Origin: Leptospiraceae bacterium | GTDB taxonomy: Bacteria; Spirochaetota; Leptospiria; Leptospirales; Leptonemataceae | Assembly (NCBI GenBank): GCA_040217195.1 | Contig: JAVJNR010000008.1 | Coordinates: 544,001-608,000 of the forward strand | Reading direction: 5' to 3' | Length of the DNA stretch: 64,000 nucleotides | Shown: in pieces, positions 19,201 to 30,212 of the stretch | Layout of the letters: every line of letters starts with the position of its first letter | Position numbering within the stretch: position 1 is the stretch's first letter | Program-made: the position numbers and the translations under genes | Notes under the pieces: generated by a model | The model's database searches: none | What the model was told of the DNA's origin: nothing | The model's input: the letters and a program-made list of their open reading frames with translations, nothing else

Positions 19201-19389
19201 TACCCTACCCCCCGTTCCCTGACCGGTTCCTGTATATATTTGACTTTACTTAATACATATTAATTGGTAGCGGCCAGATTTTGCTTGCAAAATGAATTCA
19301 CCTGCCGCTAAATCAGTTGAGATTTTCGTCAGATAGAATGAGATTAGTCCCCCTGCACTGGCATATAGAGTTTTCAAAAAGGAAATATT

Positions 19390-19770
19390 ATGAGTAAAAA
19401 GATACTGATCATAGACGACTCTCAATCCATGCGTAGCTTCACCCGCATGGCCCTGGAGGGAGCCGGTTATGCCGTTGAAGAGGCTGTGGATGGCCAGGAT
19501 GCCCTGGATAAACTGGAAAAGGAGAAGTTCGATACAATCCTTTCCGACCTAAACATGCCGAACGTTAACGGAATTCAGATGATTGAAAAAATCCGCGATG
19601 ACGATCGCTATGAAAGCGCCCGCTTCACACCGATAATCATGCTAACCACCGAATCAGAGGAAGAGAAGAAGCAACAGGGGCAAATGGCCGGGGCTCGTGC
19701 ATGGCTGGTAAAGCCTTTTGCGCCGAGCCAGCTGGTCGCCGTAATGCAGAAAATTTGTCCCCTGGACTGA
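19390..19770 (+). CDS. cheY: CheY-type single-domain response regulator
   Basis: IIDDS, SDLNMP, LTTES and WLVKPF; lies just upstream of STAS-cheA. Confidence 0.88.
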   Translation: MSKKILIIDDSQSMRSFTRMALEGAGYAVEEAVDGQDALDKLEKEKFDTILSDLNMPNVNGIQMIEKIRDDDRYESARFTPIIMLTTESEEEKKQQGQMAGARAWLVKPFAPSQLVAVMQKICPLD

Positions 19771-19777
19771 GGCATAC

Positions 19778-20143
19778 ATGCTGCAGATTGAGCAAGAAAG
19801 TAATCAGGGAGTCATCCTTAAAGCCTCCGGTTCCTGGACCATCGATCAGGTGGCCGGAATCTGGAAGTTACTGACCCCTCATCTTCATGGTAACGTGGCT
19901 ATCAATGCTGAAGGCGTTGAGCGGATGGATTCTGCCGGACTACAAATACTACTTATGGCCAAAAAGAATGCAAACGATGCCGGCAATGTATTCAAGATTC
20001 TGAATCACTCGATTGCTGTTCTTAAGATTATGGATCTATCGGGAGTTCTGGGCTCTCTTCGAGACCAGATTCGGATTTCCGCTTCCGAGAAAGAGGCCCT
20101 GAAGCTAACTTATAGTCGAAAGCGATATAGCCTCTACGAGTAG
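19778..20143 (+). CDS. STAS-domain protein of the chemosensory cluster
   Basis: VERMDSAGLQIL STAS motif; located between cheY and cheA. Confidence 0.8.
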   Translation: MLQIEQESNQGVILKASGSWTIDQVAGIWKLLTPHLHGNVAINAEGVERMDSAGLQILLMAKKNANDAGNVFKILNHSIAVLKIMDLSGVLGSLRDQIRISASEKEALKLTYSRKRYSLYE

Positions 20144-20146
20144 ATT

Positions 20147-22339
20147 ATGGATCTCAGCGAAATCCAGAAAGCCTTTGTAATTGAGATTCGAGATCTACTG
20201 GATCGCGTGGAGGACAGTCTATTTCAGCTGGAGCAACAGACCACTCCCGGCGAGCTGGATGCACTCTTTCGTGCTCTCCATACAATTAAAGGAAACTCTG
20301 GAATCTTTCAGGCCAGGCATCTAGAGTCTTTTGCACACACAGTAGAAAGCCTGCTCGATAAATACAGAAGCGACCCATCACTATTCAATCCATCCGACGT
20401 ACCTTTACTACTTTCCTGTAGAGATCATATTGAATCTCTATCCACTGCAGAACTGGCTGAAGGGGCCACCGGTCAGATCCCGGACGAAGTGTTCCAACAG
20501 GACAAAGAACTCAAGAGTCAGATTTCGCTTCGCCTGGAGGAGCTTTCCGGTCCACAGGACAATACGGAGAGTATGACATCGGAAGAACAGGCCGAATTCG
20601 GTGTCTCTATCGGACCACCATTAAATCATCTTTCTGGAAGCTATCATATTTCCTTCCGACCTCCCGGGGATGCTATGAAGGCAGGCCTGGACCCTTTAAA
20701 CTTCGTTCGATTTCTAAGAAACCTGGGTCAGATTCAATGCGTATTTACTGTACTGGATGGGTTGCCAACCTACAGCGACCTTGATCCGCAAATGGCATAC
20801 CTGGGATTCGAGATCTTACTGGAAAGCGAAGAGCCCCCGGCTGCCATAGAGGATGCCTTTGAGTTTATCAAGCAAAACGGAATTCTACGAATCCATACGT
20901 CCGAAAGCACTGCTGCAGATTATAGACAGACTATAGAGACACTTCCAGAATCAGAAGAAAGGCTGATCAAAATCTGGAAGGAGATGCCTTTTGCATTGCC
21001 TCTGGAAAAACTTCAGGCAGGTTCCCAGGCCGCGCCTGGACCGGCCCAGGCCCCGGTAGAGCCAAAGATACAGTCTCAGACCGAAGTACCATCCTCGGCG
21101 AATACCGCCAGGCCAGCCTCTTCGGCCCCCGGTTCTAACTCTATAAACTCTACATCCGCTCAGGAAGCATCGCAGACCACGTCTGCCAGTGCCCACTCCA
21201 CATTGCGTGTAGATGCCTCGCGTCTTGATGCATTGATCAACCTGGTGGGGGAGCTGGTCATTCAGTCCCAGAGCTTGAAACAAATATCCCGTGTATCCAA
21301 GGATGCTTCCCTGGGGGCATCAACCGACACTATGGAAAGGCTTATAGAGGATCTGCGCCAGCAGAGTATGAGTCTTAGAATGATAGAGATTGGTACTGTA
21401 TTCCAGAAAATGCGTCGGGTAGTACACGATGCATCCATCGATCTAAAGAAAAAGATTCAGCTAAAATTGCAGGGCGAAGAGACGGAGCTGGATCGCGGAG
21501 TGATTGAACGAATACAGGATCCTCTGATACACCTGGTAAGAAACTCCATCGACCATGGCCTGGAAACTCCTGAAGAAAGAACCCAGGCTGGAAAATCTGA
21601 GACAGGAACCATTGAGCTGCGAGCCTTTCAGGACATGGGCCATGTTGTGGTAGAAATCGAAGACGATGGACAGGGAGTGAGCACTGATGCAGTTAAGAGA
21701 AGAGCCATCGAAAAAGGGATCATGACCCAGGACCAGGAAGTGGATCCAGAGGCACTTCATCAATGGATTTTCCATCCTGGATTTTCCACCAAAGAAACAG
21801 TGAATCAGTATTCTGGTCGCGGCGTGGGCCTGGATGTTGTGAAGCAGGATATTGAAGCCCTGGGCGGTTCAGTTCAATTGAGAAGCGTTGAGGGTCAGGG
21901 AACAAGAATTACATTAAGACTGCCCCTTACCCTGGCCATCATTGATGGATTCCTGATTCGGGCGGCTGGTGTACACTTCGTAGTTCCTCTGGATATGGTA
22001 TTTGAATGTACGGAGCTTTCGGCACATAAACGAACCGGAAATGCAGGCAATTATATAAATCTACGGGGCGATGTGGTTCCCTGTGTAAATCTTCCAGAAG
22101 CGTTTCAGATGCAATCGCCGGGAGCAAATGATCTGATTGTACTCCAGCAGGGAGACAATCGAGTGGGCCTGGTGGTGGATGAGCTTCTGGGAGAATACCA
22201 GACAGTGGTAAGAAAAGGCGGCAAGGTTCTCAGTAACCTTCCTGGAGTGAGCGGCGTTACGATCCTTGGAACAGGGCAGATTGCCTATATCCTGGATGTG
22301 AGCTCATTTTTCGGGGATAGAGAAGCCAGAGCCAGTTAA
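20147..22339 (+). CDS. cheA: Chemotaxis histidine kinase CheA
   Basis: Hpt FRALHTIKGNSG, HLVRNSIDHGLE, SGRGVGLDVV, LPLTLAII and a C-terminal CheW-like domain. Confidence 0.95.
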   Translation: MDLSEIQKAFVIEIRDLLDRVEDSLFQLEQQTTPGELDALFRALHTIKGNSGIFQARHLESFAHTVESLLDKYRSDPSLFNPSDVPLLLSCRDHIESLSTAELAEGATGQIPDEVFQQDKELKSQISLRLEELSGPQDNTESMTSEEQAEFGVSIGPPLNHLSGSYHISFRPPGDAMKAGLDPLNFVRFLRNLGQIQCVFTVLDGLPTYSDLDPQMAYLGFEILLESEEPPAAIEDAFEFIKQNGILRIHTSESTAADYRQTIETLPESEERLIKIWKEMPFALPLEKLQAGSQAAPGPAQAPVEPKIQSQTEVPSSANTARPASSAPGSNSINSTSAQEASQTTSASAHSTLRVDASRLDALINLVGELVIQSQSLKQISRVSKDASLGASTDTMERLIEDLRQQSMSLRMIEIGTVFQKMRRVVHDASIDLKKKIQLKLQGEETELDRGVIERIQDPLIHLVRNSIDHGLETPEERTQAGKSETGTIELRAFQDMGHVVVEIEDDGQGVSTDAVKRRAIEKGIMTQDQEVDPEALHQWIFHPGFSTKETVNQYSGRGVGLDVVKQDIEALGGSVQLRSVEGQGTRITLRLPLTLAIIDGFLIRAAGVHFVVPLDMVFECTELSAHKRTGNAGNYINLRGDVVPCVNLPEAFQMQSPGANDLIVLQQGDNRVGLVVDELLGEYQTVVRKGGKVLSNLPGVSGVTILGTGQIAYILDVSSFFGDREARAS

Positions 22340-22437
22340 TGCGCCGTACGGATATTGTACCATCCGGCGGCCAGATTAGTGGAATGATCATATTTCGGAT
22401 ACCGGGTCAGAATTAATCCTGGATTTCCGATTGGAGA

Positions 22438-24111
22438 ATGAAAATGTTAAAGAATCTATCGGTGAAAGCAAAACTTGGAGTGCTGTTAACGTTACTGAGC
22501 ACACTATTATTGGTCATCGGCTCACTGGGGCTGTATGGAATGAACGACGTAGTGACCAGTCTTCGCAGTGTCTACAATGATCGTACAATACCCCTCGAAA
22601 AACTGGCAAAAATTCGCGCCCTTCTACTATTAAACCGAGTTGCCATTACTGCAGCCGTAACATCGGAAGACGAAGCCTTCATTAGAGAAGAAATCGCACA
22701 GGTGGAAAGCAACCTGAAGGCCATCGATGAGGAATGGTCTGAATACATGCGAACCAACCATACCGATGAAGAAGACCGACTGGCCCAGAAGTGGGAGACG
22801 GACTATGCGAAGCTTCGAGATGATGGTATGGAAGTAGCAATAGCCCAGTTAAAGACGGGAAACCAGGAAGGAGCCAACAATACAATCGCCACCAGGATCA
22901 GGCCACTCTATGAACCTGTGGGCAAAGATATGGATGATCTGGTGGAGCTTCAAGACCGGTTAGCAGCCGAATTATTCCATGCAGGTGAGGCCGAGTACAA
23001 TGTAATTTTGATTATCACCGTAAGCGCAATCGTGATTGGCGTGTTGTTCGCCATTATTCTGGGAGCTCTGATTATTCGAAGTATTACCAATCCGTTGGCC
23101 AGAGCAGTGGACCTGGCCAATCGCCTGGCCGAGGGAGATCTCACTCATCAAGTAACCGTAGATTCTAAAGATGAAATCGGTAATCTGATGGAAGCTCTGC
23201 GCAACATGGTGATCAAGCTATCTGCTATTATTTCAGAAGTTCGCCAGAATGCAGGAATCTTGAATCAGGTTTCGCAGCAGGTAAACTCCTCGGCTCAGTC
23301 CATGAGCCAGAATTCCTCCGAACTTGCAGCCAACGTAGAAGAAAGCTCCTCCACGATGGAAGAGATGGTATCTAGCATAGTACAGAATACCGAGAATGCA
23401 GGACTTACGGAAAAGATTGCGCAGGAATCCGCCGGTGCAGCCAAAGAAGGTAGCGCCGCCGTGCGACGAACCATCGATGCAATGCAACAGATCGCAGACA
23501 AGATTAACGTAGTACAGGAAATCGCCTACCAGACCAACCTGCTGGCACTGAATGCAGCCATTGAAGCAGCCCGAGCCGGCGAGCATGGCCAGGGATTTGC
23601 AGTTGTGGCCACTGAAGTGCGAAAGCTGGCCGAACGAAGTAGAGGATCGGCTCAGGAAATCAGCGAAATCGCAGCCAATTCAGTCGATGTGGCAGCAAAA
23701 GCAGGAACTTTGATCGAAGATATGCAACCAAGCATCCAGAAAACGGCGGATCTAGTCGTTGAAATCTCTGCATCATCGCGACAGCAGAAAGATGGTGCAG
23801 AACAGATCAATACAGGAATTCAACAGATGAGCCAGGTATCTCAGCAAAGTGCCTCCTCGGCTGAAGAACTGGCAGCCACTGCCGAAGAATTGTCCGGTCA
23901 GGCTGATTCTTTACTTGATAACCTGTCTTTCTTTAAAGTAGATGAAAGCAAGTCCGGCCAGAAGAAGCGTGGTGGCTATCAATCGGCCTCTACTGGCCTG
24001 GGAGCCGCCCAACCGACAAATGGCCGATCCAACGAACCTGCGAGAGCGGCGCAGCCCAGAAAACAGGATTCGGAAAGCTCTGGCAATCAGGCTGATTTTG
24101 AGAAATTCTAA
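22438..24111 (+). CDS. Methyl-accepting chemotaxis protein (4-helix-bundle sensor, HAMP, signalling domain)
   Basis: Two TM helices, HAMP (DEIGNL), [27 protein letters not shown] hairpin and C-terminal pentapeptide DFEKF. Confidence 0.94.
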   Translation: MKMLKNLSVKAKLGVLLTLLSTLLLVIGSLGLYGMNDVVTSLRSVYNDRTIPLEKLAKIRALLLLNRVAITAAVTSEDEAFIREEIAQVESNLKAIDEEWSEYMRTNHTDEEDRLAQKWETDYAKLRDDGMEVAIAQLKTGNQEGANNTIATRIRPLYEPVGKDMDDLVELQDRLAAELFHAGEAEYNVILIITVSAIVIGVLFAIILGALIIRSITNPLARAVDLANRLAEGDLTHQVTVDSKDEIGNLMEALRNMVIKLSAIISEVRQNAGILNQVSQQVNSSAQSMSQNSSELAANVEESSSTMEEMVSSIVQNTENAGLTEKIAQESAGAAKEGSAAVRRTIDAMQQIADKINVVQEIAYQTNLLALNAAIEAARAGEHGQGFAVVATEVRKLAERSRGSAQEISEIAANSVDVAAKAGTLIEDMQPSIQKTADLVVEISASSRQQKDGAEQINTGIQQMSQVSQQSASSAEELAATAEELSGQADSLLDNLSFFKVDESKSGQKKRGGYQSASTGLGAAQPTNGRSNEPARAAQPRKQDSESSGNQADFEKF

Positions 24112-24114
24112 ACC

Positions 24115-24690
24115 ATGGCTGAAGATAGACAAATACTTTCGTTTAATTGTGGAGACCAGGTCTTTGGCCTGGAAATCTCATTCCTTCGAGAGATCATCGA
24201 AAACCAGACTTTGACTCAGATACCTCTGATGCCCGAGCATATTCGAGGTGTCTTAAATCTACGTGGTAACGTGGTGCCCGTTATCGATCTGAAGGCCAGA
24301 TTGTGGGGCATGACCACCAGGGTAAGCAAGCTCAGTTGCATTCTGGTTGTGGAATTTCATGGAAAGGCTACGGAAACCCTGGGCCTTCTTGTGGATTCAG
24401 TCAATGAGGTGATCCGCGTACCCGCGGAGAATGTGGAGCATACTCCTGAGCTGGGGGCACGCATCCGAACTGACTTTATGGACGGAATTGCGAAGGTAAA
24501 CGATGAATTCATCATCCTGCTTAGAGCGGACATGGTTCTGAATCTGGATGAGCTGGCTCAAGTTCATGAAACACTGAAACTAACAGGCAAAGATCTCACC
24601 GAGGAACTTCCCCCATTGGACGATACACTACCGGAAACTGAATCCGCTGGTTCTAAAACAGATCGTCCGGCCTCCTCTCAGTCCACGTAA
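24115..24690 (+). CDS. cheW: Chemotaxis coupling protein CheW
   Basis: GVLNLRGNVVPVIDL and GLLVDSVNEV motifs. Confidence 0.92.
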   Translation: MAEDRQILSFNCGDQVFGLEISFLREIIENQTLTQIPLMPEHIRGVLNLRGNVVPVIDLKARLWGMTTRVSKLSCILVVEFHGKATETLGLLVDSVNEVIRVPAENVEHTPELGARIRTDFMDGIAKVNDEFIILLRADMVLNLDELAQVHETLKLTGKDLTEELPPLDDTLPETESAGSKTDRPASSQST

Positions 24691-24880
24691 GCTTATCCTG
24701 CCTGTGTCAGCGGAGTATCCGGTGGCTTTTTACTCGACCTATTGGCACAGGCCAATACATTGTCCCCGTTCCACGGTATAGAAATTTCAATTCAGGGACC
24801 GACCGCTCCCGCACTCACAGCCATCTGGCCGGACCCAACAATGTACCGCAGTGGAGCCCAGTTCAAACCAGGAAGGCACA

Positions 24881-26635
24881 ATGATTCAGGGATTCAGAAA
24901 ATCGATCTATCTAAGTATGACTCTGGGGCTGCTTTTCAGCACCGCACTGATGGCTGAAGAGGAAGCTCTGAAGCGTCTGGAGCCCATTCGCACAGATAGC
25001 CCCCGGGAAACCATGCAATCATTCATGGAGGCCATGAATGATTATAGGACAGGCAAAGACCAGGGGATCGCTGAAAAGGAAGCCCGAATTCAAGATGCAC
25101 TTCGAACCCTGGACCTATCTGAAATTCCAGCTGTAACCAGAGAAGAAAAAGGACGGGAGGCGGCCATGCTTCTCAAGGAGGTAATGGACCGGGTCATTGT
25201 TATAGATTATCAGAGAATCCCTGCAGAAACGGATGAGGAACCTCTGCCCACTCGTTGGAGACTGGCAGGCACCGAAATAATAATTGTTGAGCAGAAGGAT
25301 GGCGAACGTGCCGGCGAATATTTGTTTAGCTCCAATACCATCCAGCGAAGTCGGGAATTCTATGAAAAAGTGAGGGACCTGCCCTATCTGGAAGGATCCG
25401 GTGGTGGGGCCGCTTACAAGGATCCCTGGATGGACCAGTACATACCCTCCTGGGCGCAGAAGAAGGTTCTGGGTCTGCTTACCTGGCAATGGATGGGACT
25501 GGCCATCGTAATTCTAATAGGTTTAATCATTCGCACGATCGTTAAATTCTCCGTGGGCAAACTTGTTATCCTTGTTTCCAAGAGTGAAACCAAGTGGGAT
25601 GATAAACTAATCGATGCGCTTCGGGGCCCCACGGGCTTCGCAGTGGCTACCTTGTTCTGGTATTTTTCATTGAAGTACCTGAGGTTCGACGGAGGCGTAC
25701 TTACTTTCTTTAACGTAATCATCCAGATGCTTTTTAGTGTTAACTTCATCTGGCTGGCCTATCGCCTCACTGGTGTGGCTACAGAGTACATGACTGCAAT
25801 TGCATCCAAGACCGAGTCCACACTGGATGATCAGCTTGTCCCCCTTCTTTCGAGAACTCTTAAGATCTTTGTTGTTGTTTTTGGAGTGCTGGTCACGATT
25901 CAGAATCTAGGAATAAATGTAATGTCGGTTCTGGCCGGTCTGGGTATTGGAGGTCTGGCCTTTGCTCTGGCTGCCAAGGATGCTGTGGCTAACTTCTTTG
26001 GATCACTGATGATTCTATTCGACAAACCGTTTCAGGCCGGAGAATGGATCAAGGTGGGTGAAGCAGAAGGTACGGTTGAAGAGATTGGATTTCGCTCCAC
26101 CAGGATTCGGACTTTCTATAATTCATTGATCTCTATTCCGAACGCGGAGTTGATGAATGCTAAAATCGATAATATGGGTAGAAGGGAGTATCGCCGACTG
26201 CTTCTGAAGCTGGGAGTCACATACGATACAGGTCCGGATAAACTGGAAGGATTTCTGGAAGGCATTAAAAATATTATCAAAGCCAACCCCCATACAAGAA
26301 AGGATTACTATCATGTTGTGTTTCATGAATACGGACCGGATAGCCTTGTTATCATGGTCTATGTATTCTTCAAGGTTCCGGACTGGTCAACAGAGCTTGT
26401 GGAGCGCCAGAACCTGATGCTGGAGATCTACCGCCTGGCGCAGTCCATGGGAGTGGAGTTTGCTTTTCCTACTCAGACATTGCATGTGGAGACATTTCCA
26501 GAAAAGAAGGCTTACCGAGTCTCCCAGGAAAAAGCCGTGGAAGACATAAAGAAGATTGCTGCCGAGTACGGACCCAACGGCCCTCAGGCCAGACCAGCCG
26601 GCCAGGGAATCTTCGTCCCTCCCCATACAGAATAA
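24881..26635 (+). CDS. Small-conductance mechanosensitive channel (MscS family) with N-terminal periplasmic extension
   Basis: LAGLGIGGLAFALAAKDAVANFFG, GTVEEIGFRSTRIRT and GVEFAFPTQTLH motifs. Confidence 0.9.
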   Translation: MIQGFRKSIYLSMTLGLLFSTALMAEEEALKRLEPIRTDSPRETMQSFMEAMNDYRTGKDQGIAEKEARIQDALRTLDLSEIPAVTREEKGREAAMLLKEVMDRVIVIDYQRIPAETDEEPLPTRWRLAGTEIIIVEQKDGERAGEYLFSSNTIQRSREFYEKVRDLPYLEGSGGGAAYKDPWMDQYIPSWAQKKVLGLLTWQWMGLAIVILIGLIIRTIVKFSVGKLVILVSKSETKWDDKLIDALRGPTGFAVATLFWYFSLKYLRFDGGVLTFFNVIIQMLFSVNFIWLAYRLTGVATEYMTAIASKTESTLDDQLVPLLSRTLKIFVVVFGVLVTIQNLGINVMSVLAGLGIGGLAFALAAKDAVANFFGSLMILFDKPFQAGEWIKVGEAEGTVEEIGFRSTRIRTFYNSLISIPNAELMNAKIDNMGRREYRRLLLKLGVTYDTGPDKLEGFLEGIKNIIKANPHTRKDYYHVVFHEYGPDSLVIMVYVFFKVPDWSTELVERQNLMLEIYRLAQSMGVEFAFPTQTLHVETFPEKKAYRVSQEKAVEDIKKIAAEYGPNGPQARPAGQGIFVPPHTE

Positions 26636-26636
26636 T

Positions 26637-26858
26637 ATGCGCTCCCTCCGTGTAACAGTGAAGCCCAACTGCAAGACCGTGGGAGTGGAGAAGACCTCGG
26701 AGGACCACTGGGTTGTGCGGGTTCGCGAGCCGGCCACGGAGGGAAAAGCAAATCGCGCAGTCATACTTGCAGTGGCCCGGGAGCTGGAAGTCCCTCCCTC
26801 CGCGGTGACCATCCATAGAGGTGAAAAGGGAAAGGAAAAGCAGCTAAGAATCATTTAG
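26637..26858 (+). CDS. DUF167/YggU family small protein
   Basis: VTVKPN...VRVREPATEGKAN...VTIHRGEKGKEK pattern; starts 1 nt after the mscS stop. Confidence 0.8.
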   Translation: MRSLRVTVKPNCKTVGVEKTSEDHWVVRVREPATEGKANRAVILAVARELEVPPSAVTIHRGEKGKEKQLRII

Positions 26859-27026
26859 CTAGCCCGGGCCACTAACAACGCCTCGGGCTTCGAGCCACTA
26901 ACTCCATTTTGCCTCGGATGATGGCCAGGTCTATTCCGCTCACTGTTCTGGCCCCGGTGCCCGTCCATTGGCTGCATTGCGTTTTTGGGATAATTCGGAG
27001 CGACTTTCGAAAGTTATTTCTCTGCC

Positions 27027-27056
27027 GGCATTGACTTTCTTAAGAAGTGCAATGCC
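27027..27056. promoter_or_regulatory. Near-palindromic candidate operator upstream of acnA
   Basis: GGCATTGACTTTCTTAAGAAGTGCAATGCC matches its reverse complement at 24 of 30 positions and overlaps a TTGACT hexamer. Confidence 0.45.
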
Positions 27057-27144
27057 TGTCCTGAATATCCATATCTGCTTTCAAATCTAAAACAATTGAC
27101 AGTACAGCGGTTCCTTCGCTTCCTCTTAGAAGCAGGAGAACTAA

Positions 27145-29820
27145 ATGTCTATCAAAGATGCATCCCTAAAATCACTTAAGACTTCCGCCGGTGACGTAAA
27201 AATCCATAAACTGGACATTATTGAGAAAGAAGGACTGGGAAAACTGGATCAGCTTCCGTTCAGTATTCGCATCCTGCTGGAAACAGCTATTCGTAATCTG
27301 GATGGTTATCGCGTTGAGGAAAAAGACATCCATTCCGTGGCTGCCTACGATGCTCATAAGCCCTCTTCTAAAGAGTTTCCTTATTTGCCCGGACGAGTCG
27401 TCCTGCAGGACTTCACCGGCGTTCCCTGCGTAGTAGACCTGGCCGCTCTGCGAAGCGCCATGGTACGTATGAAAGGAGATCCGTCCCGAATTAATCCACA
27501 GGTTCGAGTGGACCTGGTCATCGACCACAGCATCCAGGTAGATTTCTTTGGTCAAAATGATGCACTGATAAAAAATATGGAGCGCGAATTTGAGCGCAAT
27601 CAAGAAAGATACGAATTCCTGAAATGGGGTCAGCAGGCCTTCCAGAACTTTGGAGTGGTACCTCCAGGAGCCGGAATTGTTCACCAGGTAAACCTGGAAT
27701 ACCTTGCAGGCGTTGTTTTACAGAAAGATGGAGTTGCCTTTCCGGACAGTCTTGTGGGAACCGATTCGCACACCACCATGATTAATGGTCTGGGTGTGCT
27801 CGGCTGGGGCGTAGGAGGCATCGAAGCAGAAGCCGTAATGCTTGGTCAGCCAATGTACATGCTTCTGCCTCAAGTCGTTGGATTCAAATTAATAGGCCAG
27901 CTACCCGAAGGTGCCACGGCCACTGACCTGGTTCTTACAGTAACTCAGATGTTGCGCAAGAAGGGTGTGGTAGAGAAGTTCGTAGAGTTCTATGGCCCTG
28001 GACTGAGTTCCATGGGCCTGGCCGACCGGGCCACCATTGCCAACATGGCCCCGGAGTATGGAGCCACCACCGGCTTCTTCCCGGTGGATGCAGAGACCCT
28101 GAATTATATGCTTCGCACCGGAAGAACTAAAGAGCAGGTAGACCTGGTAGAAGCCTACTACAAAGAACAGGGAATGTTTCGCACGGACAGCACGCCGGAT
28201 CCAGTGTACTCAGATTCTCTGGAACTGGATCTTAGCACTGTGGAACCATCTCTGGCCGGACCCAAGCGTCCTCAAGATCGCATTGCCATGACATCTCTGA
28301 AAGGCAAATGGAACGAATTATTGAAATCCTCTGTTAAAGATGGTGGCTACGAACTGGACTCCAGTGCCATTGAGCAGAAAGGTCATATCAAGAATGGTTA
28401 CGAAGCAGACATCGGACATGGAGATGTGGTCATAGCAGCCATCACATCATGTACGAACACATCCAATCCAAACGTTATGGTGGGCGCCGGGCTTCTGGCC
28501 AAGAATGCCGTTGAGAAAGGACTGGAAGTTAAACCATATGTAAAAACCTCTCTGGCTCCTGGATCTCGGGTTGTGACTGACTATCTGGATCGGTCCGGAC
28601 TAACCGAGTATCTGGATAAGCTTGGTTTTCAAACCGTAGGGTACGGTTGCACCACCTGTATTGGAAATTCGGGCCCCATTCCAGACCCAGTTGTAGATGC
28701 AATCAATGAAGGTAACCTGGTGGCTGCCAGCGTCCTGTCCGGTAACCGAAATTTTGAAGGCCGAATTTCCCCTCACGTTAAGGCTAACTTTCTGGCCAGT
28801 CCTCCTCTGGTTGTTGCCTATGCATTGGCCGGCACCATGGACATTGACCTTTCCAAAGATCCTATTGGAAAAGGTAAAGATGGTAACGATGTATTCCTGA
28901 AAGATATATGGCCTACCACGGACGATATTCACAAGACCGTGGCCTCCGCCATCGAACCTGAAATGTACACATCCAGGTACGGAAACGTCCGCGTAGTAAA
29001 TGAAATGTGGAATGATATTCCAGTGGCTGAAGGTCAGATCTATGAATGGCAGGACAAGTCTACCTACATTCAAGAGCCCCCTTTCTTCATTGATATGCCT
29101 CTTGAAATACCACCGCTGAGCGACATCAAAGATGCAAAATGCCTGGTAAAAGTGGCCGATTCAGTAACCACGGATCATATCAGTCCAGCCGGAGCGATCG
29201 CCAGAGACAGCGCCGCCGGACAATATCTCCAGGATAACGGCGTTGAAGTAAAGGAATTCAACTCCTATGGATCTCGCCGGGGTAATGACCGGGTAATGAC
29301 TCGGGGAACGTTTGCAAATATTCGTTTACGAAACCAGATTGCGCCGGGAACCGAAGGTGGAATTACCAGGCTGCTCCCCGAAGGTAAGCAGATGTCTATC
29401 TACGATGCAAGCCTGGAGTATAAGAAACGAAATACTCCGCTCATTGTGCTTGCAGGGGCAGAATATGGCACAGGTTCATCCCGGGACTGGGCGGCCAAAG
29501 GAACCTTTTTGCTTGGCGTTCGCGCAGTGATCGCAACAAGCTTTGAAAGGATTCACCGATCCAATCTCGTAGGCATGGGTGTTCTACCTCTGGTCTTTCA
29601 GGAAGGCCAGAGCCATGAAAGCCTTGGACTAACCGGAGAAGAGACATTCGAGATTCTGGGCCTATCTGATGATTTGAAGCCCCGCCAGGAACTGACCGTC
29701 AAAGCAGACGACAAAGAATTCAAGGTAGTTTGCAGACTGGACAACCCGGTGGAAATAGATTATTACAAGAATGGCGGAATACTTCAAACGGTCCTTCGAT
29801 CTTTTGTTAAGAATAGCTGA
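27145..29820 (+). CDS. acnA: Aconitate hydratase A
   Basis: [42 protein letters not shown] and [13 protein letters not shown]; 891 aa. Confidence 0.96.
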   Translation: MSIKDASLKSLKTSAGDVKIHKLDIIEKEGLGKLDQLPFSIRILLETAIRNLDGYRVEEKDIHSVAAYDAHKPSSKEFPYLPGRVVLQDFTGVPCVVDLAALRSAMVRMKGDPSRINPQVRVDLVIDHSIQVDFFGQNDALIKNMEREFERNQERYEFLKWGQQAFQNFGVVPPGAGIVHQVNLEYLAGVVLQKDGVAFPDSLVGTDSHTTMINGLGVLGWGVGGIEAEAVMLGQPMYMLLPQVVGFKLIGQLPEGATATDLVLTVTQMLRKKGVVEKFVEFYGPGLSSMGLADRATIANMAPEYGATTGFFPVDAETLNYMLRTGRTKEQVDLVEAYYKEQGMFRTDSTPDPVYSDSLELDLSTVEPSLAGPKRPQDRIAMTSLKGKWNELLKSSVKDGGYELDSSAIEQKGHIKNGYEADIGHGDVVIAAITSCTNTSNPNVMVGAGLLAKNAVEKGLEVKPYVKTSLAPGSRVVTDYLDRSGLTEYLDKLGFQTVGYGCTTCIGNSGPIPDPVVDAINEGNLVAASVLSGNRNFEGRISPHVKANFLASPPLVVAYALAGTMDIDLSKDPIGKGKDGNDVFLKDIWPTTDDIHKTVASAIEPEMYTSRYGNVRVVNEMWNDIPVAEGQIYEWQDKSTYIQEPPFFIDMPLEIPPLSDIKDAKCLVKVADSVTTDHISPAGAIARDSAAGQYLQDNGVEVKEFNSYGSRRGNDRVMTRGTFANIRLRNQIAPGTEGGITRLLPEGKQMSIYDASLEYKKRNTPLIVLAGAEYGTGSSRDWAAKGTFLLGVRAVIATSFERIHRSNLVGMGVLPLVFQEGQSHESLGLTGEETFEILGLSDDLKPRQELTVKADDKEFKVVCRLDNPVEIDYYKNGGILQTVLRSFVKNS

Positions 29821-29849
29821 TCACAAAGATGCGCATGGGAAGGATAAAG

Positions 29850-30212
29850 ATGCAAAGAAGGCTAAATCTGCTGCTCGGGTTAATACTCTTCGCAGCTGGC
29901 ATTTCCTGTGGTGCAGAAGCCCATGAAAACCAGGAAAAGAGTATGAACGAGATCAAAACGATGATTGAGAATGGTGCGGCGATAATTGATGTGCGGTCTC
30001 CCATGGAGTATAATATGGGTCACTATCCTGAGGCTAAAAACATTCCCGTTACCGAACTTCAAAAAAGAGTCGATGAAGTTGGTCCAAAGGACCGGCCAGT
30101 TGTAGTCTATTGTGCTTCGGGAGGTAGAAGCGAAACAGCCCGCAACTTCCTGAAATCCATGGGCTATGAAACTGTAGTGAATGCCGGCGGACTATCCAGT
30201 ATGCCGCGGTGA
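29850..30212 (+). CDS. Rhodanese-like (PspE-type) exported protein
   Basis: IIDVRSPMEY, GHYPEAKNIP and VVYCASGGRS active loop; N-terminal signal with Cys. Start uncertain (29829 possible). Confidence 0.85.
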   Translation: MQRRLNLLLGLILFAAGISCGAEAHENQEKSMNEIKTMIENGAAIIDVRSPMEYNMGHYPEAKNIPVTELQKRVDEVGPKDRPVVVYCASGGRSETARNFLKSMGYETVVNAGGLSSMPR

